From NCBI RefSeq assembly GCF_052425735.1, contig NC_135761.1, forward strand, positions 62,806,001 to 62,870,000: DNA of 64,000 nucleotides, read 5' to 3'. How positions within the stretch are numbered: position 1 is the first letter of the stretch; each line of letters opens with the position of its first letter. Below are positions 48,814 to 62,838 of this stretch, in pieces. This DNA is from Oculina patagonica (Eukaryota). A program made the position numbers and the translations under genes. Below the pieces are notes generated by a model that worked only from the letters and a program-made list of their open reading frames with translations, was not told where the DNA came from and searched no databases.

Positions 48814-51800
48814 CTTGCGCAGCGGGACACTCCAATCCATTCATGGAAGATCCCAAATGTTCCAAAGGAATTTTCACTGTTTATCAAGAGGGATGATTTA
48901 ACAGGATGTACACTGTCTGGAAATAAGGTGCAATGTTTAGGATTTGTTTAGTTAAAAGCTAACGTCACAACACATGCTCACCTATTTTTTTGTGTATAAA
49001 ATTACTCTTAGTTTCATCCCGTGAGGGGAGGAGGCCTCCTGTCATTTGAGATCAGTCGTGTGCCACCAAAAAGGTTCTTTAAGGGGCAGTATCATAACCT
49101 TTGAACAGCAAATGAAAGGCATACATTCATTCGAATTCTTCACGGTGTGAATATACGTAATCAGTGGTTTTTAAGTGATTTTCTTCCAAGTAACACTGTC
49201 AAACTTAACATCGTCGGCCCAACCTTTTCAAGTGTAGGCTATTACTGTTCTATCCGTCCGCAGCCAAACCACATTTTAACAATTTTAATGACTAATACAG
49301 TACGTTTTAGCAAGGCCAGGCCACTATTAGTAGATTTCTAACTGATACCAACGCCTTTATTGCATTTTCAAGAAGCCCTAAATAATTGTGACACTGCCCT
49401 TGTTAACCCCGGACCCTAGTAGTAAAGGATAGAAAATCGAAAATGGATACTTTTTACAGGCCAGAACACGAAGAAAAAACATAACCAACATTAAAATAAA
49501 ATCGCTTTGTTTTACAATACTTCACTGAATGGGTAGTTCCGTTTTAATAGACAATATCTTAATCGTTTAGCTGGACGTTTACGCACTACAATTTTAGCTA
49601 ATACAATTTAAAGGAACCCTATTTAACGGTCATACTGGGATCTCAATGCCAAAAGGCAATAAGATACCTTATTTAAGGTCTGATAACCTCAAAACAGTAT
49701 CTGAGGACTTAGAATCTGAGTGAAACCAAATCGTTTGAGGGTTTGTATGTTGCTTTTTATAGCATTTTTTTTAAGTTTATAGATTCTTTATGATACTGCA
49801 AAAAGCATTGAATACTGCGGCTGTTGTTAAATAATGTGCCTGTGTTTCATAAGAATCTTTTCTAAGATTCGGTGTGGCCGGGTTGAAAGTTGTAACAAAC
49901 GGTAGAATCTCCTCTACTAATTATGGTTTTGATGCGTTTCTTTTTCAAAAGAATTTCTGTGTCTGGTTTAGGATTCTACAGTATTGTTTGTACTTAAATT
50001 GATTTGTTTCAGGTTCGCAAGCTGGAGTTTGTATTGGCTGATGCTTTATATAAGAAGTGCGACACTGTTGTGACAAGTGGTCGCATACATTCCAATCATT
50101 GTAGAGCTACTGCAGTTGCTGCGAGACAACTTGGCTTGAATTGTTACTTGTTACAAAGAAGTCCTGGACAGGCAAGAATATAATCTTTAAATCATTTGCT
50201 AGTTAGTTTAGGTAGTGCTTTGTAATTAAACTAACATGATATATATTATGTGTCTCAAACATTAAATTACTAAGGGCACGTTCGTTCGGGGTCAATCCGG
50301 AATAAGAATCATTGGAATAATGCGAGTTAGCGTTCGTTTGGCTGCTCTTCCTATTCCGGAATACTTGAATACTTACTGCTCCTGGGATCAGAATAGCCGG
50401 AATGTATTCGGGAATATATTCTTATTCTAGAATATTCCCAAACGAACGCGCCCTAAAATTCCTAATTCTTGAATGGTTCTGCGCGCATGCCTATTTGTCG
50501 CGTAACTGACATGCGATCACGTGCTTGTACAATAAGAACTGTCCGATTACAGCATCTTATAATTGGATGGATACCTGCCCTTGGACGTCTTCGCCATTCG
50601 CGCGCATCAGACGTGCACTAAACTGGGTTCTTTTTTGCTGTTTCCCTACCGTTTGTAAAACTAATAGAATATACCACTGACTTTTTCATTAAAAAAGGTT
50701 CTCAAAGACTTCCTAATCTCGAACTTTGCCATTGATACGATTAATAAGTAATTTGACCTTAGCCTGCTAACAGGCTCCCGAGTAGGGCAGAAAGAGAAAA
50801 AGAAATCCAATCCTCTGCATGTATTGCGGACTTATGACGCTAGATAATTAAATATTTCATTACTGTACATTCTCTTAATTGTAGCTGTAGCTAGCTGAGA
50901 TGTTTGTTTGTATTATTTTGCATGTAAATGAAAATTAATCTCTTTACTGTGCAGACGACCGAGATTGGATGTCAAGGGAATCTTCTTTTAAGCAGAATGG
51001 TCGGAAGTCACATTGTCGTTGTACCGGATATGGACTATGATAGTGGCCTCAGTCAAATAATAGAGACGATGGCAGAAAAGTTGTAAGTGACATTACAATG
51101 TATTGCATTACAAAAAACGTGAGAGAGACGGTGGCCTCATAGTTAGCACACTGAACTCCGGATTAAGTGGTCCGGGTTAATAGCTCTTGGCCAGGGTCAC
51201 TGTGTTGGGTTCTTGTGCAAGTCACCTTACTCTCACAGTGCCTCTTTTCATCCAGGTGTGATACAAAATGAGTACTGACAAATGCAGTGCTAAGGGTATA
51301 ACCCTGCGATGGACTAGCGTCCCACCCAAGGGGGGGGGGGGGGATACTTCTAGTTCGGCTTAACGTATTTTCGTCCAAGAAGTGAAACACTGGTGGTTAT
51401 GAACACCATTAATACGATTTGGAGCGTTTCCTGGAATTTACTGGACATCATACTGCAACGAGCAGAAAACACTTGTTGCCCATTTATCAATAGTTGTGTA
51501 ACAATTACCTTCAGAAGAAGGACAAAATATTCAGAGCCAAAAAATATAAGTATGACTTTTTTTGTTAGGGTTAATATGATGACAACAGTGCATCTCATAG
51601 ACAGGATGCATGCAAATACATTAAAAGTTAAATGTTGTTTCTTTATTATTTTTTGAAGAAAACAGCAGGGCTCCTCGCCGTATGTGATTGCATATGGGGG
51701 TTCAACGTACATGAGCATATTCGGTTATGTGACAGCATTTCAAGAAATGATGAATCAGGTAATTTAAAGCTTATTTGTTCCCTGCCCATTTCATATGCTA

Positions 51801-54800
51801 AGAAATTGCAATGTCAATGCAAGCCTTGGTGCTTGCGTACGAAGCCTTGGTGCTTGCGTACAAAATATGGTCTTTTGTAAAGAGTCAGGCCACAAGGAGT
51901 GGCAGTCATGAACAAATTCCTGAGAGACCTCAAGAGACCCGTTTTTTGCTTTTTTTTTTAAATCAGCCACGTTATAAAACATTCAGTGAAATTAGATGTA
52001 CATGTGAGACTGAGGGCCTCTTTACACGAAAGCCGAGGTGAGTTTCATCCCGGGATGAATTTCGTCCCGGGATGAAAAAAAAATTCATTTTACATGAGCG
52101 TGTTCATCCCGGGATGCTGGGACGTAAGTCGTCCCGCCCGAGTTGAATTCATCTCGCCCGTGCTTACATTACTTTATATTTCATACCGGAAAGACTGTTT
52201 ACATGACGTTTCTCGTCACGTTTCATCCCGGGATGACATTTCAACTCGGTGTTTCATCCCGGGATGAAATCGTCCCGGGATGAGTTCATCCCGGGACGAA
52301 ATCATGTATCATCATGTAAACAGCAACAAGAAAATGACCAGACACCGAGATGAATTTATCCCGGGACGAAAGTCATCCCGGGACGAAAACTCTCATGTAA
52401 AGAGGCCCTGATTGGTTGTTTGCTCCTGCATGTTTCAGAATCTGTTGGAAGATTTTGATGACATTGTACTGACTGCCGGCACTGGGGGAAGTGCCTCAGG
52501 AATCGCTATAGCTAATTACCTGACAGGCTCAAAGCTCAAGTAAGTTGTAGTAGTAGCGTCTTTATTTATAGAGGGTAGCACTTAATAAACCTGTGGCCCT
52601 TCTATTTACAATTATTAAAAAAACTAACCTACTACCTGTTACCTATCTTCTTCGTGCCATGTGGCACATAAGGCTTCAACACAATTCCGCCAACCATCTC
52701 TGTCAGCCGCTGCAATTTGTACCTCGCTTCCGTTCTTCCATCCAGTTTTATCCCTTTCTCTCTCTGCTGTTTTCCTCCATGTTGTCTTTGGTCTGCCCTG
52801 TTTTCGCCGCCCTTCTGGGCAGTCGTTATTTGGTTCTTTCTTCATTATGTGGCCGATGAATTTCCATCTTCTCTTTCGCACGTCCCAACTGAGGTTTTCC
52901 ATCTCAGCCATCTTCAGGACTTCATTGTTTGTAATTCTTTCCTGCCAGCGTATTTTAAATATCCGTCTAAGACATCTGCTTTGAAAGGCATCGATTTTGT
53001 TCTCATCAATTTTATTCATCTTCCACGTCTCGAAGCCATACATCAAGGCTTTACCAGTGTCTTACATAGCCTGACTTTGGTTCGTCGACCGATGCTAGTG
53101 CTACTCTAGATCTTTTTCAATTTCAAGAATACCCCTCTCGCTTTGACTATTCTGTTGTGGATGTCTTCAGTACCTCCGCCCTCTTTGGAAACCGTCGCTC
53201 CCAAGTACACAAATCTATCAGCGTCTTCTATTCCTCGTCCATTCACCTCCACCAAATCGTTATTCCTCGAATTTATTCGCAGTAGTTTACTTTTGTCTAC
53301 ATTGACTTTCAGGCCCACCCTTTCTGCTTCATGCGCGTGAATTTCCTTGTGAGGAAATCTTGTTTCAGTGATCACCATTTACAATAAAAAACCTACGATA
53401 TGTGTGAAATTTTTATCAACCATAGCTTTGACAAATCAACTCAAATCTCCTACTCATCATCATCATCGTTGTTGTCGTCGTCACCATCATCATTTATTAG
53501 CTATGGTAGATAGGGCGAGGAGACATCCGGAAACCGCCAGGCTAATAGTGAAGGCCACCCCGATTATTAGCATTCTACCAGTTATAGAAAAATATATATT
53601 TAATTGTCTTGTAAAATGATTCCAGGTGCCATACTGTCACTGTGTATTTTAATGCTGCATCTGTTTACGAAAAAGTAAATAAACACCTTACAGATGGCGG
53701 ACTTGATGTTCGAGCAGAGGATATCATAGATGTTATCGATGGATATCAAGGAGAGGAATATGCCGTGAACACTCAGGAAGATCTAGGTGGGTATTAATGG
53801 AAAATAAATAACGTGTTACTGTTTCTAAAGATTCAAATAAGAAACTCAGCATCTTTCATTGGAAATTCGCGAATCTGATTGGGTGCTCTTGAAAGGGAGT
53901 ATTGTTCTCGATTTTTAGTTTAAAAGTCATTGCACTGCACTGCACAGTGAAAAATGCCTTGGTAACACAAACAGTAAGTGGCTGTTTCAACATCTCAAAT
54001 CTCCTAGTTGTTTATGCGTATTTTTTAGTCTCTAACTCTGTGTTAATTAACGACTGGGCGTGCGAAGGAGTGATAACGGACTTATTGTATGTAGGCAAAA
54101 TTTTGGCAGGAATGTGCTGGCAAGGACCTGATGCAGCCCACCGACTAGAAAGACCGAGTCGATAAGGTGCCTTCCCTGGACATGGGTACTGCATGCCCAG
54201 CCCTGCACCTCATGTCCTGGGCGCAGTTGCTGGTACAATGTCCTGGGGTCAACGTTAACTGCATCCAGTGAAATGGCATAAGGCTTCAGCACGGCGCTGA
54301 ACAGTTGCCGGCTGCAGTCAGCAATTCCCCGCCAATAAGTAGATTACACTATGACAGTTATACAAGGAAGTAAACAGGATCAAATGTTGAGTTAAACACT
54401 GCTTATTATTTAGAGCTTTTTTTTGTAAAATCAAAACTAAAGCAAGCGCATTGGCCAATAAGATGAAACGTTCCTGTGTTTCGTTTGCTGTGATTAGTCA
54501 ATGTAATTGATTGAATTAAAGCAACCACTTCAAACAAAAAAGTGACATTCTATTGGGACACTTAGCTTTTACAATGCAAACAAACCAATACTGGTTGCAT
54601 TTGATATGGTTGGTTTCAATAGAATACGACGTGATTGTAAACTGTTCGTTGCAGAGACCATTCTAGAGATCTCTAGTACAACTGGAGTATTGCTGGACCC
54701 ACTGTATAACATTACAGCAATCAGAGCAATGCTCGCTGAGATGAACAGCAATCCCGGCAGATTTAAAGGACGAAGGATACTCTATATTCACACCGGTATG

Positions 54801-55101
54801 TGTTAGAGACAAAGAAGACGTTCGTCTTGTTCACGTTTTGACTACTTAACAACGAGACTGCGAACTGACGAGTTTCTGTTATCCTCCCTCCCCCCTCCCC
54901 CCCGACTGGTACGATATGTACCAATCAGAATAGCAAAGAAGCGGTTATATTTGAAAGTGAACGTTACTTCCTATCTTTGCAGGCGGGGTTTTTAATTTGT
55001 TTGACGGAAGAATGGACCCAATCATCACAAACCCAAAATCTGAAAAGAGCCTGGGTCAAGTTCTCCGTTGGGGAGATATCAACGGTCATCCGCCATGCTG
55101 A
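48814..55101 (+). CDS. DCD: D-cysteine desulfhydrase family protein, copy 2 (exons 2-9; exon 1 not present)
   Basis: Same exon structure as copy 1; visible amino-acid differences GGSMY/GGSTY, HLRDG/HLTDG, QDDL/QEDL and MNNNP/MNSNP. Confidence 0.8.
52625..53370 (-). mobile_element. RTE-like LINE 3' fragment, second copy
   Basis: ORFs [10 protein letters not shown]...FVYLGA...[13 protein letters not shown] and YGFETW...[21 protein letters not shown]...GRPKTTW...AADRDGWR...[10 protein letters not shown]; short TAGG/AACAGG tail. Confidence 0.85.
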
Positions 55102-56206
55102 CGAATAGACAACTACGAGCAGTGTCTTTTGGCATTCATCTTTCCATTTTTTGGCTTTCATTTACTATATAGCGACGGTACCAGCTATACTTTCTGTAAT
55201 TTGTGCCACAAATTATCCAAAAACTCAAATTCTGTTGTATTTCTATAATTTATTGATAACAATTATACTACATTAGAAAAAGGGGGATAAGGGAAAGGTT
55301 GCAGAATTTGCTAGAGGAATCTGCAAAGTTTAAAACAGTTAATTTGACATAAAAAATATTAATGTATTAAACAAATGAGTATCTCGAATGCTGTATATGT
55401 AAGTCATGTTAGGCAAATAAAGTGAAGATATGTCATCTACTCTGACGTAAATTCAAATAAACCATCTGTACCGGTAATTCGTGTTTTGAAGGCCTAAATT
55501 TACTTTTCGCCATGTTTCAGTGTCCTAAATTTTTGTCCGAAATTTGTCCGAAACGAGATAAAAAGTCTCTGGAAACTAAACGTCCGAAATAAAAAACCCG
55601 AAATTTTAACGTCCGAAATTTTTTGCAAGTAACGTACTTTAAGTTTCAGCATCGCAGAGTGAACTTCCTTACACAATTCGGGTTTAAACTTCGACGAAGG
55701 AGGTGGGAGGGTAGAGGAGGGGTTGCATCCACCCCCAGCCCTCGTGAATCTCCAATGATTATCCTGCAAAAGACACCTTATCCACTTCTTCTGACATTGC
55801 GTCCAATGATACTGATAGCCAATTCAACAGTAAAGATACTGAATTTTCGAAATAAACTAAGCAGACGGCTTTTCACATCAGAAGAAGAAAGAAAACCTCT
55901 AAGTCCATGGTGAAAAAAATGTTTATTTTTTTGTGTGTACATTAATTCGCGTGTATTTTCCATCCAGAAAACGCTAATACAAATTATAAAAGCAAAAGTA
56001 ATACAGAAAAAGTACCGCTTGCCTCGGAAAAAGAAAACCCGGAGAAAACTAACGTTTGCATATATTGCAGACCTATAATAAACTTGGAGACTGGGCAGAC
56101 TGGGCAGAGACTTCTGACGGGGGCCTGGGCGTCCATTTTGGAAATCAAAATGGCTGCTCATGTTGGTTGGAAACATTGAACTTCTTCCAATTTATATTTC
56201 TTTCCA

Positions 56207-59200
56207 ATGGCGAAGAATTTCAAACAATCGAATGATCGTGAGCTATTTGATGCCTTTTTCCCTGGGCTTGTTGATGATGTCGTGAAAGAAAACGAAAACG
56301 ACAAAGAAACTGGGGATGCTGTTCGGCATATGCGTGAAGTAAGTCAACTGAGTATTTATAGGTATAATATTGGGACAACTAGAAGCTGGAAAAGTGTTTT
56401 TACGTTAGTTGAGTTATTTTGTACAATCTGTCGTTGAGATAGAATTTAAAGGAGTTTGATCACTGCATAGATTGACAGAATCCTTTAGAGATCGAAACGA
56501 ATCGCGTCAAATATTTCTAATGAAACATTAAAACTTATCAAGTTATCTCTGCTTGTTTCAGGTGTTAGAGTATAATGTTCCTGGAGGTATGTATTATCAA
56601 CTATCATACTTACATTGTACACTTATGACTTTTCCTCTTTGTTTCCGTGGGGGCTATGGCATTGTTCATACAAGCAGTGCAAACGCTAGGTCACACATGA
56701 CATTTTATGTGCAATGTAGGCAACATCATAGGGCCATTTCATGTTACAGTGTACATGTACATGTATATCCACCCACCCCCCCCCCCCACCCTGGTTAAGG
56801 TAGAGTCGACATATGAGCCTTAGAAGTGGCTCGTCAAAAATTAAAAATACTGTATACCCAATTAAAGTCCCCCTGTAGACAGCTATTATACCCTAAACCC
56901 CTGGCCATCAAACGTGATGGATGTTCCCTTTTTGGGCATCAGCCTGTATCATATCAGGTTAATATAAGGCTACAGCGGTGTCTGACATTTGCAGAATGCA
57001 GAACGCAGACTGCAGACTGCAGAACGCAGAATGCAGAATTCAGAATGCAGACTAAGAGAATATATTGTGTTACCCTTACCATTATAATTGAAAGCTAACC
57101 GTAAACAGGCTAACTGAAGTGCTATTTAGGCTAACCGGAGTGAATAGTACATGTAGGCTAAACGGAGTGTGTAGGAGGCTAACCCGAGTGAAAAGTTCAC
57201 TCCGGTTAGCCTACTACGCACTCCGGTTAGCCTACTGTACACTCCGGGTAGCCTGTTTATGGTTAGCTTTCAATAATGGTAAAGGTAACACAATATATTA
57301 TCTTAGTCTGCATTCTGCATTCTGTGTTCTGCATTCTGCGTTCTGCATTCTGCAAATGTCAGACACCGAGGCTACAGGCAGGAGTGAACTGCTTTATAAT
57401 ATTGTCTGCCTGGCGTGACCCTATTTGGCTGAATGGCTGCATGACGGAATGACACTAATTTTCACCCCCCCCCCCCCCTTGTTTGCAGTTGTTAGCTTTT
57501 ATTTGTTGGTCAGGGTAACGTATAGTATTGCCCAAACCAACAAATAAAAGCTAACTGCTACAAACCAGGGTGAAGCTAACCTCAAGCAAACTACAGTAGT
57601 GGCATTCTGTCATCCTGCCATTCAGACGAATAGGGTCACCCATCTACTAATTTCCAGTGTCTACGCAGTATTAAAGTTAATTCAATTACAATTTACTTTC
57701 CCTTATTATTTTAACTAGCAGTACTTTATCAGACTTAATCATACCTTATATTAACAGGTTTTGCTTCTTGAATTTTACCAAAGCTTTATACAGCAATCAT
57801 TTGCAATGAGCATACCATGGTAATTAGCACTTGTTAAAATGTTTTTCACTGATTGTCAAATGTTCAGTGATTGGTCAGCATACTTTTGATTTTTTGTGAC
57901 ACTTTGTATTACTTTCCTTGACTTGCCTGACAAAAAAGTCAAAGATTTGTTGAAGTGTAATTGAACATTATTTTTGACAGACTGTCACAAGTTTCATGAC
58001 AAATAAAGCATATGTTTTGCTGCACTAAAATTAATAGTCTAATGCACATGACTTTTATTTTTTGTTTAACACGTCAGGAAAAAGAAATCGTGGTCTTTCT
58101 GTGATTGGATCATTGCGACATCTTGTGAGTCCTGATAAGCTAACAGAAGAGGATGCAAAAACGGCAATTATACTTGGATGGTGTGTAGAGTGGGTAAGCT
58201 GACACAAATTTTGTATTTATTTGTATAATTAATCTCTTTTTCTTAAAGTTTGCATCAATAAGGTTCCATTTTTGTTGTTCATTGTTCAGTTACAAGCATT
58301 TTTTCTGGTTGCTGATGACATTATGGATGAGTCTTTGACAAGAAGAGGCAAGCCTTGCTGGTACAAGACGGTAAATTTTAACCCTTGCAATTCCAAGATC
58401 ATGTAGTCATTTCATTTCTTGAGACTGTCTTTGATTTCTGTAGCAGGTAGTCTAGATGCAATGATCTTTTGTAATAGTAGATGTAGCTGTAGTTAGGGGC
58501 ATGAAAAATGTATTATTAGACATTGAAATTACTGGTATTTAATATGAAATTATTGTGTGAGAGTTCAAAATAATGACTTGTGTCATTCAATTAGTATTCA
58601 CTCATAGAAAACCAGGCTAAGTACTAGAAGGATTGCAGTCCAAAACCTACAAGCCAAAAAATGAAAAAATCTGCAGTAGGTGCACAATCACGTTCACAGC
58701 AAATAGAAAACAGTGGGAGAACCAATCAGATTTGCAGATTTTCAAAAGAACAATGCTGAGTCTTTACTTATCCTCCTTATTGTACACTGCTACAAATAAA
58801 ACTGATGGAGAGATCTGTGATCATAGCTTAAAGTATAAAAATAGTTTAAACAGATCTAAAAATATAAAAGGATACTCTAAATTTTTGATCGCCTTCTGTG
58901 GTCTTCTTCAGAGAATGATGGATTGTACACTGTAGTTATGTTCCTTTGTGCTTGTATTTTCTCTATTTCTGTGTAGGCTGGAATTGGAAGTATTGCTATC
59001 AATGACTTTCTCCTCATAGAAGCCACTATCTACAAACTTCTTAAGAAACATGTGTATCATAAACCATACTATGTTGATGTACTGGATTTATTTCACGAGG
59101 TGAGTACATGGATGAAAAAACATGACCTAGTTGTTAGACCACTGGTCTTGTAATCCGGATTTGTTAGGTTTAAATCCTGTTCCCTACTGTAAGATGAATT

Positions 59201-62200
59201 TGTGTTTGGTAGTCTAGTCCAACTCCTACACAACTGGTCAGCCTCCTGCCAGCTTGGATCTTTAAATAATTATGTTTGTTTGTTTCTTGTTATTAATATT
59301 ATTACATATGTAATGGATTTATACATTTTATTCACCAAGTGAGAGGGCTGTCCTGGGAGAATGTAGGTAAAGGTCTTGACGGGACTTCTGACTACCTTCT
59401 TAAATTATTAATCATGAAAATTACACACCACTATGTCAATGACAGTTTCAACCTTTCCAATATATATATATACATTAGTCCAGGAAAGTTAACGCGATTT
59501 GATACCGTGAGGTCAAAATGCTTGCAACAGAATTTTTATTATCAGGGATGTTTTCGTCAATGACTCTAGATAAACATATTAAAAGTCAACAAAAATCAAC
59601 CCAGGGGAAATAAGAAAAAAATGAAAGTTTTTTAACTCTCTCATTTTGCCCTTAGACGCCATGTTTTATGCTAATTAGTTTTATCACAGATATGTTTTAA
59701 AAGTGTTTTTAAAGGGCAAAAAATGCTTTGGTTTGCTAATCGAAGATCCTCGCTACGAAATGATACTATTTTTTATTTTTTATTGATTGCTATTTTTTAA
59801 GCAATGCTTTTTGATAACGCCTGATAAAATTATTTAAGAAGGAAGAGTAAACCGAATATCACAGTACAACTACTCCATGGTCCAGCGGCCTCAGACTAGC
59901 TGCCTCTAACCTATTATGATCTTAGCGCTTGAAAGGCAATTACTCCCAAAGGTGAACCAAAAATACTGACAGACACTATGTGGAAAGTCTCTCCTTTTTT
60001 AAATGGCCACGACCTGGTTGGTCAAATGGTACATAAGGCAAACGATCCGGGGAAAGCAACTGCAGTATTCCTGCCTATTATTGACTTAGATCCGTCCAAC
60101 ATGCCCTGTACTTATTCCACCCTATTCTTTCTATCTGAACAAGCAAGAAACCAGCACGTGCCACAACATTTGATCAGCCCTTGTGGTGAAAGGCTTGGAC
60201 TTTCATTACAAATGAGCCACTAAGCACATATTTATTGTCTGTGGTGTAACGAATAAGTAGTCTAAACACTGACCTACTTTGGCTTTGGCATAGAAAACTT
60301 AAGTTATGGAGAATATGCTAAGTGGAAAGGCACAAGCGAGAGCTCGCAGGGACCTTTTTTTTGGTTTGACGAAGCGCTTAATATTGTTCTTATTGCAGAT
60401 GCGCTTCAGGTTCATTACCCAAAATTTTCTATACCACAAACGTCGTCTGCAGCAAAATTTCATTACCTTCTCGTGTACTACCAGGTGCAACTTTGGACTG
60501 GAAATCAAGAGCTTCCACCGTGTGACTGGAGATGGAAAGATAGTGATACAGAGAACGTCGAGGCAGCAGTGGATGCCTTATGACTTAATTTTCACAGCTG
60601 AGGCGGCAGGCGTTTTTAACAGACCCACCTTCCCCCTCTCCCCCACAGACCCACCTTCCCCCTCTGCTCCGCCGCTGTTAATTACTGTACAGTTAGAAAG
60701 GTACTGATAGATAATCAGGTGATAGTATATGATAGTCCAGTTACTGACTAGCAAGGGTTGAAAAATTACCATTTTAATGAAATTAAAATGTTAATTTTAG
60801 AAAATAACATTTTTTGTTAAATATTTGTTGGAAAACGGTCCATGATGGAATTTAAATGTACACTGCACTTAACAGACCTTGTTTTTACATGTTAAGTGCA
60901 ACTAAAAGTGGGAAATGCGTTGACAGAACAGTTTACAATGGCTAATTAGCATAAAAACATGGTAGTCGTTAATACGTGGATTTTTTACGTATTTCCCATG
61001 AGTTGATTTTTGTTGACTTTTAGTATGTTAACATACATGCCTCAAAAGCAAACAATGTAAAAAGAAAAATTCTGTTGCAAGCATTTTGACCTCCTGGCAG
61101 AACTTTACTGGGCTACATGTAGACACTGGTAATAACATGTTGTTCCCCTTACAAAATAAAGAAAATAGAGTGAATTCGTGTAACCCGTTTTTTATATGCT
61201 AATGCGCCGTGTAATATTCTAATGCGGAGCAGTTCAGGAAAACAGAAAATTACGGACACATCTTTAGTATTTGAGAAAATTTGCATGTGGAAGTGAGGTT
61301 AAAATTCTAGCATTTACCAACATGTAAAAACCGAAACAGATAACGGGGCTTAAAATTTATCATGCCTTGATTTGTTTTGCGATTTTAGATAAACATTTTA
61401 TATTCAAAATCACATGAAGGAAAACAAAAATTAATGTAAACCTTAATTAAGCTTGACTGAAACACAATTCTACACGCGCAATCCAATGGGGAGCTTTAGC
61501 AAACCACGATGGCAAACAACTTTTGTTTCGCAAACAAAAGGTTTAATGAGCCGGAAAATAGTATTATACGTGTTCTGTAAATCTTGGCAAATTTCTTTGC
61601 CGTCCTCTGAAAAACAACAGCGCAAAATGGCTAAATTCTACGTATTTTGAACCAGACCGCTAATTTTTCGATTTAGGTTGAACATGTTGAAAGTGTTTAA
61701 AGAAGGAGGAAACACTTCCTGTTTATATTTATTTTCTGTATTACAATTAAAGTAATTTCTTTGAGGTTTTCTGTCCACTCATGTATTGTTTTATTGTACG
61801 CAAACATTAGAATATTATGCGGCTCATTAGCATATAAAAAACGGGTTATACAAATTCACTCTAATGTCATCTTAATGTGGTATATTTTACTGTTCTTTTA
61901 AATTACAGGTTACCTATCAAACTGCAACAGGGCAGACATTAGACTTGATTACAAAGCCTGGTGACAATTTTGAGAATTTTACTTTAGAGAGGTACATACC
62001 TGTAGTGTCACACAAAACTGTGCTCTTGGAATAATTGCAGGGTGCCCAGAGGCTCTTCTGTAAGAAATCTTGGGTGCCTAGCTCTTAAAAGCGTTTAGGA
62101 TAGCAAAAGTTATGCTAGACACCCAAAGGCAAAAGTGAGTCACCTGTGGCACAGGCTCTCTGGTACATAGTTACTCTTATATGCTGCTGAATAGATACTT

Positions 62201-62838
62201 ATCAACAAAGATGCTTTCTGCAGCAACATGTCATAATTTGCCAGAAAGGAGGCACAATAGGGAAAAGTGATGTAGTTTTGGTATATCCCTACTGCTCCAG
62301 CCTCCTGGAGAAGGGTTGGGGGAGAGGGAGAGTGAGGATGTATTTCTTAGAAGTTTTGTTGTGGGGTGATGCATATAACTGCAGTTCTCAAATTTCCCAC
62401 ACTGTTCACCCAATAATGCCAGGGATGGGTGAGACTTCCACCACCCCCCCCCCCCCCCAATATTTCCAAATAATTAAAGACTTACTAAGAGAAACGTCTT
62501 TAAAGCCCCGGGCCCACTTCAAGTCACTAGTCAGTGCCCCCAATTGGAAAAATGCTCTGCAGTCCTTGTAACTCGTTTTGGGTAAAGCTTTTTTCTTGGG
62601 AGCGGGTTGGTGGTTAATGGATCATATTGACAGCAACAAAAGGCATAATCGTTACCTTCCCTTTCAGGCACAAAATGCATGTACCCTTGAATAGCACCCT
62701 TTGATTTAGTTAAACGTTTATTGTGGTAGTTTTGCTCAACATCACATGTATATGTTTTGTTTCAGGTACAAAGCAATTGTGAAATTCAAGACTGCTTTTT
62801 ATTCTTTTTACTTACCAGTAGCCTTGGCAATGTACATG
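56207..62838 (+). CDS. FDPS: Farnesyl diphosphate synthase, exons 1-7; continues beyond window end
   Basis: In-phase exons 56207-56338, 56562-56586, 58078-58193, 58290-58370, 58977-59099, 61909-61991, 62766-62838. Motifs [30 protein letters not shown] (FARM), [18 protein letters not shown] and [10 protein letters not shown]. Confidence 0.95.
59476..61115 (+). mobile_element. Degenerate Academ-like DNA transposon in FDPS intron 5
   Basis: Ends TAGTCCAGGAAAGT ... ACTTTACTGGGCTA, CAT on both flanks, long imperfect TIRs (AGGTCAAAATGCTTGCAACAGAATTTT; AAAAGTCAACAAAAATCAAC). Internal transposase relic [19 protein letters not shown]...TFDQPLWWKA is frameshifted. Confidence 0.75.
61166..61863. mobile_element. 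Non-autonomous TIR element (TAGAGTGAATT termini) with a nested repeat
   Basis: TAGAGTGAATTCGTGTAACCCGTTTTTTATATGCTAATG ... CATTAGCATATAAAAAACGGGTTATACAAATTCACTCTA. Confidence 0.8.

Larger units (their letters stand above)
48080..57768 (+). repeat. Near-identical ~10-kb duplicate of 37736-47579
   Basis: Colinear from TAGGTCCTGCTGTGGGACTC to GGTTTTGCTTCT with scattered SNPs and indels; both junctions coincide with the gap edges. Confidence 0.95.

Noticed and set aside
37029-55101. Bacterial contamination or recent HGT of an ACC deaminase; two true paralogs
   Set aside because: The gene has eight spliceosomal introns and lacks the Glu/Leu ACC-deaminase signature; the second copy is better explained as a haplotype.
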